From assembly GCA_947306755.1 (NCBI GenBank), contig CAMZHI010000003.1:6489-70488 (forward strand): a stretch of DNA of 64,000 bases. Reading direction: 5' to 3'. Within the stretch, counting starts at the first letter, position 1. Every line of letters begins with the position of its first letter. The stretch comes from an uncultured Clostridia bacterium (lineage in GTDB: Bacteria; Bacillota; Clostridia; TANB77; CAG-508). The notes beneath the pieces are model-generated. The model worked only from the letters and a program-made list of their open reading frames with translations. It made no database searches and was not told the origin of the DNA. Both the position numbers and the translations under genes were made by a program. This document shows, in pieces, positions 29,355 to 37,789 of the stretch.

Positions 29355-29473
29355 TTACTATTTTATTGTATCTTTTATATCGCAATTTATTTTGCTTTTT
29401 ATTATATCAACTATAATTTTTGTATTTCCCGTATAAGAATAATATACTAATAATGTTTTTATTTTTTCTCCAT
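29355..29473 (-). pseudogene. Flavodoxin N-terminal fragment
   Basis: Own translation (after an interrupted MEKK*) gives KTLLVYYSYTGNTKIIVDIIKSKINCDIKDTIK. This is the flavodoxin FMN-loop motif, without the rest of the protein. Confidence 0.5.
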
Positions 29474-29510
29474 TCTAAATTATTTTAATCATTTTTTCAC
29501 TTTTCATATA

Positions 29511-29630
29511 TTAATATCCTAAACCTTTTAACCAATTTTCTACTGTACTTCTTGAGTTTTCTTGTCTTGCTTTTTTTCCTTGTATTGCTAATCCATTTGT
29601 ATTAACTGTACTTGTTTTCATTTTATTCAT
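29511..29630 (-). pseudogene. Flavodoxin remnant (start codon joined to C-terminal tail, 39 codons)
   Basis: MNKMKTSTVNTNGLAIQGKKARQENSRSTVENWLKGLGY*. The tail parallels LAIRGADCKNARNKIESWI of gene 29643..30167 and SKVDSWLNKLGI of gene 16286..16924. Confidence 0.5.
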
Positions 29631-29642
29631 TATTAATCACTC

Positions 29643-30167
29643 CTATATCCAACTTTCTATTTTATTACGAGCATTTTTGCAATCTGCACCTCTAATAGCT
29701 AAACAATCATTTAATACATTTGCTCCTTTGCATATTCTTTTTACATCACTTGGTACACTTGCGAGTCCAGAGCCTTCATGTGTTGTTACTATTCGAATAG
29801 TTTTTCCTGTGAAATCTAATTCTCTTAGAGCTGTTTCAAGTTCTGGTGCATATGTTCCCCAATATATTGGTGACATTATATAAATAACTTCATATTCTGA
29901 TATGTCTGAAATATTTTCTTTGATTGGTGCATTTCCCACCCTTTGCTTTGCCTCTTGAATGCAAGTATTATAATCTGCTGAATATGGTACCTGTGGCTCT
30001 ACTTTAAATAAATCTGCACCTGTAATATCTCTTACATATTCTGCAATATATTCTGTGTTTCCTTTATCAATATAACCAACTGCATAATTTTCATCTGCTC
30101 TTGAAAAGTATATAACTAAACTTTTCTTATCCTTATAACTTTCTTTGTTTCCTCCAAATAATCCCAT
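29643..30167 (-). CDS. Flavodoxin-family protein
   Basis: LVIYFSRADENY, IYWGTYAPE and THEGSGLAS motifs. Confidence 0.7.
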   Translation of the reverse strand: MGLFGGNKESYKDKKSLVIYFSRADENYAVGYIDKGNTEYIAEYVRDITGADLFKVEPQVPYSADYNTCIQEAKQRVGNAPIKENISDISEYEVIYIMSPIYWGTYAPELETALRELDFTGKTIRIVTTHEGSGLASVPSDVKRICKGANVLNDCLAIRGADCKNARNKIESWI

Positions 30168-30182
30168 TTTAATATCTCCCTT

Positions 30183-30563
30183 CTAATATGATGATGCTTT
30201 AGATTGTTTAATAATCCAAGTATCATTTACCTTTTCTAATAATACATCCTGTCTTAACTTCCACCATGATTTGCCAAATCCAAATGGAGAAGCAAGTGTT
30301 TTAGTTTTTCCAATTATTGTAGCCCTATCTCGATCTATATTTACTTCAATACTTTCATGAATTGATTCATAATAATTTAACTCTCCACTTAAAACTGAAT
30401 TTATATAATCTTGTTTTGATTGCCTTTTTCCCGTCATGTGAATAAGAACATAATCATCTGCAAGTATTTTATTTAATGTATCTACATCCTTATATATACT
30501 TGCATCACATAATTTTATATATAGTTCTTTAATAATATCTTTATCTTCCATATTACTTTTCAC
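30183..30563 (-). CDS. NTF2-like (SnoaL/DUF4440-type) protein
   Basis: 126 aa with an alpha+beta cone pattern (LADDYVLIHMTGKRQSKQDYI). Weak assignment by eye. Confidence 0.4.
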   Translation of the reverse strand: MKSNMEDKDIIKELYIKLCDASIYKDVDTLNKILADDYVLIHMTGKRQSKQDYINSVLSGELNYYESIHESIEVNIDRDRATIIGKTKTLASPFGFGKSWWKLRQDVLLEKVNDTWIIKQSKASSY

Positions 30564-31134
30564 CTTTCATATAAGGTTTAATTGCAATTAATATAAATTC
30601 TGTGGTTGTTTTCAAATGTTCTTGAGGGTCATACTTTTTGTCTGTCATGCACCAATTAAGCATCATTCCATAAATTGTATTTATAATGAAGCCCACTAAT
30701 TCTTCTATTGGTGTGTCCTTTTTTAGTTCTCCATTTTCTATGCTAGATTTTAATAACATTCTTATGCATTCAGAGTCATACCCTATTTTATCTAGCTCTA
30801 CTGGTTTTAAATTATTGACTATCCATTGTCTACATATTTCAACACCACAAGATTGAATTTGTTTCATTAATTCTTTATTAAAATATTCGATTTTATCTTT
30901 TAAAGGCTTATTTAACAATTCATCTTCATATTTTATATGTTTTTTTGAAACTAATTCTCCTATTATTTCTTCTTTTGTTTTGAAATATGTGTAAAAAGTT
31001 CCTTTTGCAACTCCAGCTTCTTCTGTTATATCTTGAATAGATGTTTCTCTAAAACCCTTTTTAGATATTACTTTTTTTGCAGCCTCAATTAAGTTTTCTC
31101 TAGTTTTTAAGGCTAATTCTTGCCTCATTGTCAT
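30553..31134 (-). CDS. TetR/AcrR family transcriptional regulator
   Basis: ORF 30553..31182. Start at ATG (MTMRQELALKTRENL), 9 nt after GGAGGTG. HTH is TSIQDITEEAGVAKGTFYTYFKTKEE. Confidence 0.8.
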   Translation of the reverse strand: MTMRQELALKTRENLIEAAKKVISKKGFRETSIQDITEEAGVAKGTFYTYFKTKEEIIGELVSKKHIKYEDELLNKPLKDKIEYFNKELMKQIQSCGVEICRQWIVNNLKPVELDKIGYDSECIRMLLKSSIENGELKKDTPIEELVGFIINTIYGMMLNWCMTDKKYDPQEHLKTTTEFILIAIKPYMKGEK

Positions 31135-31211
31135 TTGAACTATCACCTCCATTTTTCCACAGTATATCATTTTGTTGAACAAAAGTCAATGAACTTTATT
31201 CAACTTAATAT

Positions 31212-31236
31212 AAAAAAAAAGAGAGAAAATTCTCCC
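31212..31236 (-). terminator. Rho-independent terminator
   Basis: The minus strand reads GGGAGA-ATTT-TCTCTC followed by T9. Confidence 0.65.
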
Positions 31237-31250
31237 TTTAAAGTTTTATT

Positions 31251-31300
31251 TTGTTAGGAATGCCAAAATCTTGTAAACATCTTTATAAATTGTAATTTAT
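31251..31300. repeat. Junction motif copy g with partial extended repeat
   Basis: TTGTTAGGAATGCCAAAATCTTGTAAACATCTTTATAAATTGTAATTTAT. Exact 12-mer at 31287-31298, 9 nt after the stop of gene 31309... Confidence 0.8.
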
Positions 31301-31308
31301 CGTACCTA

Positions 31309-31839
31309 CTATATTTTTAATAAAACCCTAAATCCTCGATTTGAATAATAAGATTCTGCTCCATTATGAAATATAAATGTTCTATTATATTTTTTATCTC
31401 CAAATAATGCTCCACCTAATTTTCTAATTTCTATTGGAGTTAATATCCAGCTTGTAGACTTCAAATCAAAATCTCCCAATGATTGAAGATATTTATATTC
31501 TGCTTCATCCAATACTTTTACCATATTATTATTTGCTTCTGTTATAATATCCGAATTTGGTTTATTGCTTTTTCTACTATTCAAAGCATCTATATCATAA
31601 CAAAAACTTCTTCTTCCAACAGGAGATTCTATTGAAGTATCACAATAAACATACTTATCATTGTCTTTATCATACATAATAACATCAGGTTCTCCACCAG
31701 TTTCTTCCATATATTTTAAAGATGGAATTACCTCTCTTGTTATTCTTTTTTTTACATCATCCCACTTAATATCTTTATGCATATTTTTATTTTGAATAAA
31801 TCTTTTTTCTAAAATTAATATTATTTCATCATCACTCAT
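31309..31839 (-). CDS. DUF4256 family protein
   Basis: ORF 31309..31857 with start at MSDDEII. The motifs METGGEPDV, RRSFCYD, KLGGALFGD and HNGAESYY.RGFR match the DUF4256 pattern from memory. Confidence 0.65.
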   Translation of the reverse strand: MSDDEIILILEKRFIQNKNMHKDIKWDDVKKRITREVIPSLKYMEETGGEPDVIMYDKDNDKYVYCDTSIESPVGRRSFCYDIDALNSRKSNKPNSDIITEANNNMVKVLDEAEYKYLQSLGDFDLKSTSWILTPIEIRKLGGALFGDKKYNRTFIFHNGAESYYSNRGFRVLLKI

Positions 31840-31873
31840 ATTCATTCTCCTCCACAAATTACTATTTATCTAT

Positions 31874-32446
31874 TTATAATGCTAATATTCCCAAATGCTC
31901 TAATAAGATTTTTAATCCTATTATTATTAAAACAATACCTCCTGCAAGTTCTGCTCTGTTTTGAAATTTATCTCCAAATTTGTTTCCAATTATTACTCCT
32001 AAAAAAGACAATACAAAAGTAATTATTCCTATAATTGATATTGAAAGTAATAGATTAACTTCAAAAAAAGCAAATGTTACACCAACTGCTAATGCATCAA
32101 TACTTGTTGCAATAGCCAATAAAAGCATAGTTTTCACATCAACTTTATCATTTCTTTTTTCTACCTCATCATCTGTAGAATCTTTTATCATATTTCCACC
32201 AATTATTGCTAATAATATAAAAGCAATCCAATGGTCTACACTTTGAACAAATGAACTAAATGTACTCCCTAAAAAATATCCCAAAACTGGCATTAATGCT
32301 TGAAATACCCCAAAATATAATGCTATTGTTATTGCTTTTTTCCAATTTATTTTTTTCATTGATAGACCTTTACATATAGATACAGCAAAAGCATCCATAG
32401 CTAGTCCAACTCCTATTGCTATTATTTCAAATAATTCCATTTTCAT
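31874..32446 (-). CDS. mntP: Manganese efflux pump MntP
   Basis: GVGLAMDAFAVSI and ATSIDALAVG duplicated motifs. 6 TM helices, ~190 aa. Confidence 0.8.
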   Translation of the reverse strand: MKMELFEIIAIGVGLAMDAFAVSICKGLSMKKINWKKAITIALYFGVFQALMPVLGYFLGSTFSSFVQSVDHWIAFILLAIIGGNMIKDSTDDEVEKRNDKVDVKTMLLLAIATSIDALAVGVTFAFFEVNLLLSISIIGIITFVLSFLGVIIGNKFGDKFQNRAELAGGIVLIIIGLKILLEHLGILAL

Positions 32447-32474
32447 TTCTCCTATCTAAATGCAATATTACTAT

Positions 32475-33104
32475 TTATCTTATAAAATTAGTAAATGTTA
32501 TTTGTTCTTGTTCTGGCATTTGTATACCTGCTTTTCTTCCTGCTTCTTGACATTTTAAATAATAGGCCATATTTTTGCCTAGTATTCTCATTATTTGCAT
32601 CCCCTCTTCATCTTTTCTAACATCATCAGGAGTAGCACCATGTACCATATTCCAATATCTTGATGAAATTATAGGCATTTGATTCATTGCAAAGTATTTA
32701 TTTAATTGATCAAATGTAGCTGTTGTTCCTGCTCTTCTTGCAGATACTACGCTAGCTGCTGGTTTTAATCTAAATAATTCAGGATTTGTAAATGTTGAAT
32801 AAAATAGTCTATCCATAAAAGAACTTATTGAACCTGTTGCAGCTGCATAATGAACTGGACTTTCAAAAACAAATCCATCTGCTTCTTTGCATTTCTCTGC
32901 AAATTCATTTACTACATCATTAAACACACATTTACCATTTTCAAAGCATTTACCACAAGCGATACAACCTGATATAGGTTTTACTCCGACCCAAAATATT
33001 TCTGTTTCAATTCCTTCTTTGTTTAATTCTTTTGCGACCTCACTTAATGCGGTATAAGTACATCCTTCTTTATGAGGTCCTCCATTTACTAATAATACTT
33101 TCAT
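32475..33104 (-). CDS. Flavodoxin-like NAD(P)H-dependent FMN reductase
   Basis: MKVLLVNGGPHKEGCTY and CIACGKC motifs. Confidence 0.7.
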   Translation of the reverse strand: MKVLLVNGGPHKEGCTYTALSEVAKELNKEGIETEIFWVGVKPISGCIACGKCFENGKCVFNDVVNEFAEKCKEADGFVFESPVHYAAATGSISSFMDRLFYSTFTNPELFRLKPAASVVSARRAGTTATFDQLNKYFAMNQMPIISSRYWNMVHGATPDDVRKDEEGMQIMRILGKNMAYYLKCQEAGRKAGIQMPEQEQITFTNFIR

Positions 33105-33153
33105 TATATTTTCTCTCCTTTATAATTTACTTTATTTATCACTATCAATCAAA

Positions 33154-33987
33154 TTATTTACCAATGCTGTTGCATTTTCCACACCATCTGCAACCATTAC
33201 AGCTATTTCTTCTTTTACAAGTTTTACATCTTGGCTGAATTTTTATATCAGTTTCTTTATATATTAAAGGATTTTGTAGTTCTGATTTTAAAGCCATAAC
33301 TCTTTGATAAGCTTTTGGTATGTTATATGTTTTTCCATCTTTTATAAAAACGTTTCCTGTACCACAAAAATCAAACTTTACATTATATTTTATACATTCA
33401 TCATAAAGTTTTTTTACCCAATCATAATATAAAGGTCTATTTCCTTCATAATTTTCTCCATCAACCAGTACAATTTCAAAATTTCCTGTCTTTAAGTATT
33501 TATCTATTGTGATTTCGGAAATCATTGGAGCACACATTATTCCTTTATGCTTAAAAGGTAAATCTAATAGAATTGGTAATCGCTCATCTGCCCTTTTTTG
33601 GTTTTCTGCTGTAAATACCATTATTACATTTTCTAATCCATCTTCCCACCACTCGGGAAGATTATCTAATACTCTTTCTGCTCTTTTTGTTTGAAGCCAA
33701 AAAGTAACATCTGAGCGAGTTCTAATCATTTCCCATACTTCTTTTCGCCACTCATCTGCTTCCTCTAAAAAGAAATCGCTTGTCATACATACTCTGATTG
33801 TCGCTCCACTTGGAATTTTGTACTCTCCATTTCGACTTTTTTTAAGTGGTAAATTAAAATTGGTTTTTACTTTATAAATATTACTTCCATCTATATCCCT
33901 TTGGCTATCTAAAAAATACATATAGCAATTTTCACAGCCTTCGCTATATTTTTTGCATCCATGCCATGGATTCCATATATCATTCAT
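33154..33987 (-). CDS. DUF5131 (phage Gp37/Gp68-like) family protein with Cys-rich C-terminal tail
   Basis: N-terminus MNDIWNPWHGCKKYSEGCENCY. Tail CKTCKRRNSCNGCRWCGKC. Confidence 0.7.
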   Translation of the reverse strand: MNDIWNPWHGCKKYSEGCENCYMYFLDSQRDIDGSNIYKVKTNFNLPLKKSRNGEYKIPSGATIRVCMTSDFFLEEADEWRKEVWEMIRTRSDVTFWLQTKRAERVLDNLPEWWEDGLENVIMVFTAENQKRADERLPILLDLPFKHKGIMCAPMISEITIDKYLKTGNFEIVLVDGENYEGNRPLYYDWVKKLYDECIKYNVKFDFCGTGNVFIKDGKTYNIPKAYQRVMALKSELQNPLIYKETDIKIQPRCKTCKRRNSCNGCRWCGKCNSIGK

Positions 33988-34112
33988 TTTATAATTATTT
34001 CCTTAATAGAACTATATCTTATTATTAAATATATTTTTTGCATTTAATATGTTTTATTTATATCATAAATGCTTATTTATTTCAACGGTTTTGTGATTTG
34101 GAATTTTTTCTA

Positions 34113-34129
34113 GACCTTCGGGTTATGAG
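34113..34129. repeat. 17-bp direct repeat GACCTTCGGGTTATGAG (tRNA-Met anticodon-arm sequence), candidate att site
   Basis: Identical to 62659-62675, where it is contiguous with the 3' end of a tRNA-Met. Mobile-element genes start immediately to the right. Confidence 0.7.
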
Positions 34130-34330
34130 AAGTTACTGTAATTTAGTGAAATTAAGGGTTTTAGCTTATTTATCAATGAAAATTGGGGAAGATTATTTCG
34201 AACATTTGTGTCTTTTCAAGTCCTTTTAGGAGAATTTCTTCATCAACTTTTCCCCAATGAATTATACATGGCTTTTTATGGGTTAGTTTTTGAAATAAAA
34301 ACAATCAAAATTTATATTAGGAGGTTTACT

Positions 34331-34687
34331 GTGATTAATATAACTTATCATAAGGAAGGAGATTATTTGATTCCTGATTTGATTATGGAGAAATCTAATT
34401 CAACTTATAATGTTGGAAAATATGGACATTTAAGAAATAAATTCTTAAAAGAACATAAAAGAGGATTATATACTAAATTAATGATTAATGGAAATTTAAC
34501 AGATCATTTAATTGATATTGATAAAACTGCTACTGCAAGAGTTAAAAATATAATTAATAAACTTGCTAAAACAGAAAATGTGAATGAAGATTTAAAACAA
34601 TCTAACCAATTTGAATGGGTTAGATGTATGAATAATATTAAAAACAGAGCTGAAGAAATTGTTTTTAATGAATTAATATATGTGTAG
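34331..34687 (+). CDS. tnpV: Transposon-associated protein TnpV
   Basis: ORF 34208..34687. Start at GTG (VINITYHKEGDYLIPDL) after AGGAGG. The pattern ITYHKEGDY...GKYG.LR..FLKEH...EIVFNELIY is typical of TnpV. Confidence 0.7.
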   Translation: MINITYHKEGDYLIPDLIMEKSNSTYNVGKYGHLRNKFLKEHKRGLYTKLMINGNLTDHLIDIDKTATARVKNIINKLAKTENVNEDLKQSNQFEWVRCMNNIKNRAEEIVFNELIYV

Positions 34688-34700
34688 GAGGAAATGGAAA

Positions 34701-34991
34701 ATGAGTTTTAGAGAAGTAAATGATGATATTTTAAAAGAGTTTTGGGAATACAGAGACCAAACTGCATTTGCATTTATGACTAAAGAAGATAAAAAACATA
34801 TGATTTATTTTGATGAAATTACAAGCAAAATCTTAAACAGCATTCCTAAACAAAATAGGAAGTTTGTGCAACAGCAACTAAATAAGCTTGATGATAATTT
34901 TTCTGAGTATGTTGGGTATTGGAGTGAGAAGTATTATAGGAATGGATTTTGTGATGGAGTGCAAATGATGTGTGGATGTTTTGAGGAATAG
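34701..34991 (+). CDS. Small mobile-element protein (same loose family as 52778..53032 and 53636..53905)
   Basis: ORF 34680..34991 with start at ATG (MSFREVN). Central L..L....K..L..LDD and C-terminal F..GF motif. Confidence 0.45.
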   Translation: MSFREVNDDILKEFWEYRDQTAFAFMTKEDKKHMIYFDEITSKILNSIPKQNRKFVQQQLNKLDDNFSEYVGYWSEKYYRNGFCDGVQMMCGCFEE

Positions 34992-35048
34992 CTAAAACAA
35001 AAGTGTGAATCTTTACTTTTGTATAAAGTACAATTTTCACACTTTTTA

Positions 35049-35708
35049 TTATGTATCAAGAACATTATTATTACACTTATCAATTTTCGTAATAAAATCT
35101 ATTTTTATATTATTTTTAGGGTTTTTATATTCTTTATTGCAAAACTCTATAAAATCTTGCAACTGTTCCTTAGCCTTTGAAGTTTTTATTATTTTTTGAT
35201 AAGTTTTCTCTAGCCCATAAAAATCTATTAAATTTTCTATCGCCAATCGTAATATTGTAAACATTAATTTATATTGTTTTGAAATAATTGTATGTTGTTT
35301 TCTGTTAATTCTTAGAACATATTTGTCTATTGGATATCTTGCATTAATCATTGTATTATCTCCATAAATTCCTTCCAAATAGTTTATACATTCTTCAATC
35401 CTTAAAAGCTGGTTATTAACTGAATTAATATTTAAGTATTTTATATATTTCCTCCTAACACCTTGTACTAATTCTAAACTTTTATGGTTATCAATTTTCA
35501 AAGTATGTGCTGTTTCTTCTATTTCAAAAAAATCTTGTAAAATTGCTTTTAAATGGTTTTCAATATATTGCATTATTAGTGCTGTTAATGGAGATAATAC
35601 TTCATTAACATTTTCAATTTCTAATAATTTCTTAATTGCTTTTTTATACTCAGAATTATACTTTAAAACCTCTTTATATAATTCTTCTTTCCTACTTTGA
35701 AACTCCAT
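35049..35708 (-). CDS. Hypothetical helical protein, possible HEPN-like
   Basis: 219 aa. Last gene of the Fic operon (16-nt gap). INARYPID loosely resembles the RYP signature seen in some HEPN domains. Weak. Confidence 0.35.
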   Translation of the reverse strand: MEFQSRKEELYKEVLKYNSEYKKAIKKLLEIENVNEVLSPLTALIMQYIENHLKAILQDFFEIEETAHTLKIDNHKSLELVQGVRRKYIKYLNINSVNNQLLRIEECINYLEGIYGDNTMINARYPIDKYVLRINRKQHTIISKQYKLMFTILRLAIENLIDFYGLEKTYQKIIKTSKAKEQLQDFIEFCNKEYKNPKNNIKIDFITKIDKCNNNVLDT

Positions 35709-35724
35709 GTTCTCATACTCCTTT

Positions 35725-36654
35725 TTATTCTTTATGCCCTTTTATAAGCTCATAAATTGGTAAAATTTCAACTTTATCAGGTTCAATATTGTAAATAATC
35801 CTTGCCCTGAATTCTTCCAATTTTAATTGCATCATATCACTAAATTCTCTATAAATTATCTTTGAGTCTTCAGTTTCTTCAATTCTAAAAATATAATCTT
35901 GTAATTTCAGTATTTCTGATAAAACTACAGCTTGTCTTCCTTCTCCTTCTTTGTAATATCTAAAATGTCTTGCAGCTTCTTGTATTTTTATACGTAAATC
36001 ATATAATTTTTGAAATAGTTCATATGTTTTTATATAATTAGCATTTCCTGTAAAAAACTCTACATCTCCTAAGATAAAATTCAAATTATCTGTACTTTGA
36101 TTTAAATAATTCAAATACTGATCCACTATTGTATTAATCTTTTTAGTATTTTTACTATATAACTCTTCAATCTTTTCATCTATATATTTTTTACATGCAT
36201 CTTTAGATATCTTTCCTAGTAACTCTTTATTATCTTCTTTTATTTGCTCTCTTATTAATTTAGTATTTTCAAATTCTCTTGCGGGAATTTCTAGTTTAAT
36301 TTGTTTATAATACTCTGTTATCCCTATTTTTCTTCTTTGTTCGTTTATGAACTTTACAAAAATGTCTTTATCATAATCTATATTCATATAGTCTATACTA
36401 TTCAATCCTATAATCAATTTTCTACATTCATTCCAATATTGTTCTAATACTCTTTTTCTCTCAACTTTATAGGCAGATATATAGAAAAATACTGTAACAA
36501 TTGAACTACAAAATGATCCTAAAAAAACATCTTTCATAAATCCAGTGAAATTATTTGAATACTTTATATCTAATACTTTAAATAATATAGCCATTATAAA
36601 AAGTATACTTGAAATCATAATAGCTAGTTTTGATGCCTTACAATTAACTTTCAT
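35725..36654 (-). CDS. Hypothetical membrane protein (2 N-terminal TM helices plus coiled-coil-like cytoplasmic region)
   Basis: 309 aa. TM segments LAIMISSILFIMAILF and FLGSFCSSIVTVFFYISAY. 11 nt after the Fic gene. Confidence 0.45.
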   Translation of the reverse strand: MKVNCKASKLAIMISSILFIMAILFKVLDIKYSNNFTGFMKDVFLGSFCSSIVTVFFYISAYKVERKRVLEQYWNECRKLIIGLNSIDYMNIDYDKDIFVKFINEQRRKIGITEYYKQIKLEIPAREFENTKLIREQIKEDNKELLGKISKDACKKYIDEKIEELYSKNTKKINTIVDQYLNYLNQSTDNLNFILGDVEFFTGNANYIKTYELFQKLYDLRIKIQEAARHFRYYKEGEGRQAVVLSEILKLQDYIFRIEETEDSKIIYREFSDMMQLKLEEFRARIIYNIEPDKVEILPIYELIKGHKE

Positions 36655-36665
36655 AATTACCTCTT

Positions 36666-37598
36666 CTATTTTAAATAATACTCTATTATTTTAATATACT
36701 GATCCTGTGCATTTAAACAGGTATCAATTAAATATCCTTTTTCTCTATTACTTTGATATTCTTTTAAGCCCCTGTAATAAAATAGTTTATCTTTATCTAG
36801 AATAATAAACGGAATTATATTATTTTTTAAACATTCTTTAAATGCAATTATTCTACCAACTCTGCCATTACAATCTTGAAATGGATGTATTTTTTCAAAT
36901 CTAGCATGAAATTCAATTATTTCGTGAATAGTTATCTGTATCAAAGAATTATACCATTCTACTAATTTTTGCATATTTTTTTGAACATCCTTTGGAGCTG
37001 TTGTTTTCATATCACCAACTGAATTTGGTAGTTGTTTATATTCTCCTACATTAAACCACTCTTTTTGTGCATCAGAAGTTCCTGTTTTTAGTATTTTATG
37101 AAATTTCTTTATCATATCTTCTGTTAATTCATCATTAGCAACATCAATCATATAATCAATTAGTTTAAAGTGATTTGTTGTTTCTATAATATCATTAACA
37201 TTTGCAATTGTTTTATCTTCAAATAAAATTGTATTAGTTTCAAATATATATCGTGTTTGCTCTTCTGTTAATGTACTTCCTTCAATATGATTAGTATTAT
37301 ATGTGAAAGCAATTTGCGTATTATGATATAGATTACCTTTTAATTTCATATCCTTTTGTTCTCTTAATATATCTAACACATTTATATTTGAAATATCAAA
37401 TTCTTTTTCATCACTTAATAATTCATCAATTGATATCTCAAATAATTCAGCTAATCTTTTTAAAGACTCAATATTTGGCTCTAATGCTCCTGATTCATAT
37501 TTAGAAATAGTTGCAGGACTAACATTTAATATATCAGCAACTTCATTTTGAGTCATTCTTTTCTTTTCTCTATATAATTTAATTTTATCTCCTAACAT
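36666..37598 (-). CDS. XRE-type HTH fused to a Fic (AMPylase-family) domain
   Basis: N-terminal LYREKKRMTQNEVADILNVSPATISKYESG. Fic motif HPFQDCNGRVGR (canonical HPFx[D/E]GNGR, with C replacing G). Confidence 0.75.
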   Translation of the reverse strand: MLGDKIKLYREKKRMTQNEVADILNVSPATISKYESGALEPNIESLKRLAELFEISIDELLSDEKEFDISNINVLDILREQKDMKLKGNLYHNTQIAFTYNTNHIEGSTLTEEQTRYIFETNTILFEDKTIANVNDIIETTNHFKLIDYMIDVANDELTEDMIKKFHKILKTGTSDAQKEWFNVGEYKQLPNSVGDMKTTAPKDVQKNMQKLVEWYNSLIQITIHEIIEFHARFEKIHPFQDCNGRVGRIIAFKECLKNNIIPFIILDKDKLFYYRGLKEYQSNREKGYLIDTCLNAQDQYIKIIEYYLK

Positions 37599-37640
37599 AA
37601 TAAAAACTCTCCTTTTTGATTATAATACTATTATATCATA

Positions 37641-37696
37641 TTATTTCCAAAAAAGAAAGTATTTATTCGGCGTTTTGTATTTTATTTCCAAAAAAG
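37641..37696. promoter_or_regulatory. Two 15-bp direct repeats (TTATTTCCAAAAAAG) in the Fic operon promoter region
   Basis: Copies at 37641-37655 and 37682-37696. The downstream copy overlaps a TTGGAA-17-TATTAT promoter read on the minus strand. Confidence 0.45.
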
Positions 37697-37789
37697 ATTT
37701 ATATACATTTCAAATTCTCTTGACATTACCAATAATAAAGTGATTAATAACAATAATTTTTATGGAAATAACTTATTGGAAGTTATATA

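Noticed and set aside
12046-31300. Calling the junction-motif array an integron with attC sites.
   Set aside because: No IntI-like integrase is present in the window. The motif is a short sequence-conserved palindrome, not the imperfect R''/L''-L'/R' structure of attC, and I see no extrahelical-base architecture. It is kept as an open observation only.
32447-32474. A Mn-sensing yybP-ykoY riboswitch upstream of mntP.
   Set aside because: Only 28 nt separate mntP from the upstream gene stop, which is too short for the riboswitch. mntP appears to be co-transcribed.
34038-34330. ORF 34038..34229 and the N-terminal extension of ORF 34208..34687.
   Set aside because: They cross the 17-bp att-type repeat and the leader. 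The TnpV homology and a strong AGGAGG RBS begin only at 34331.
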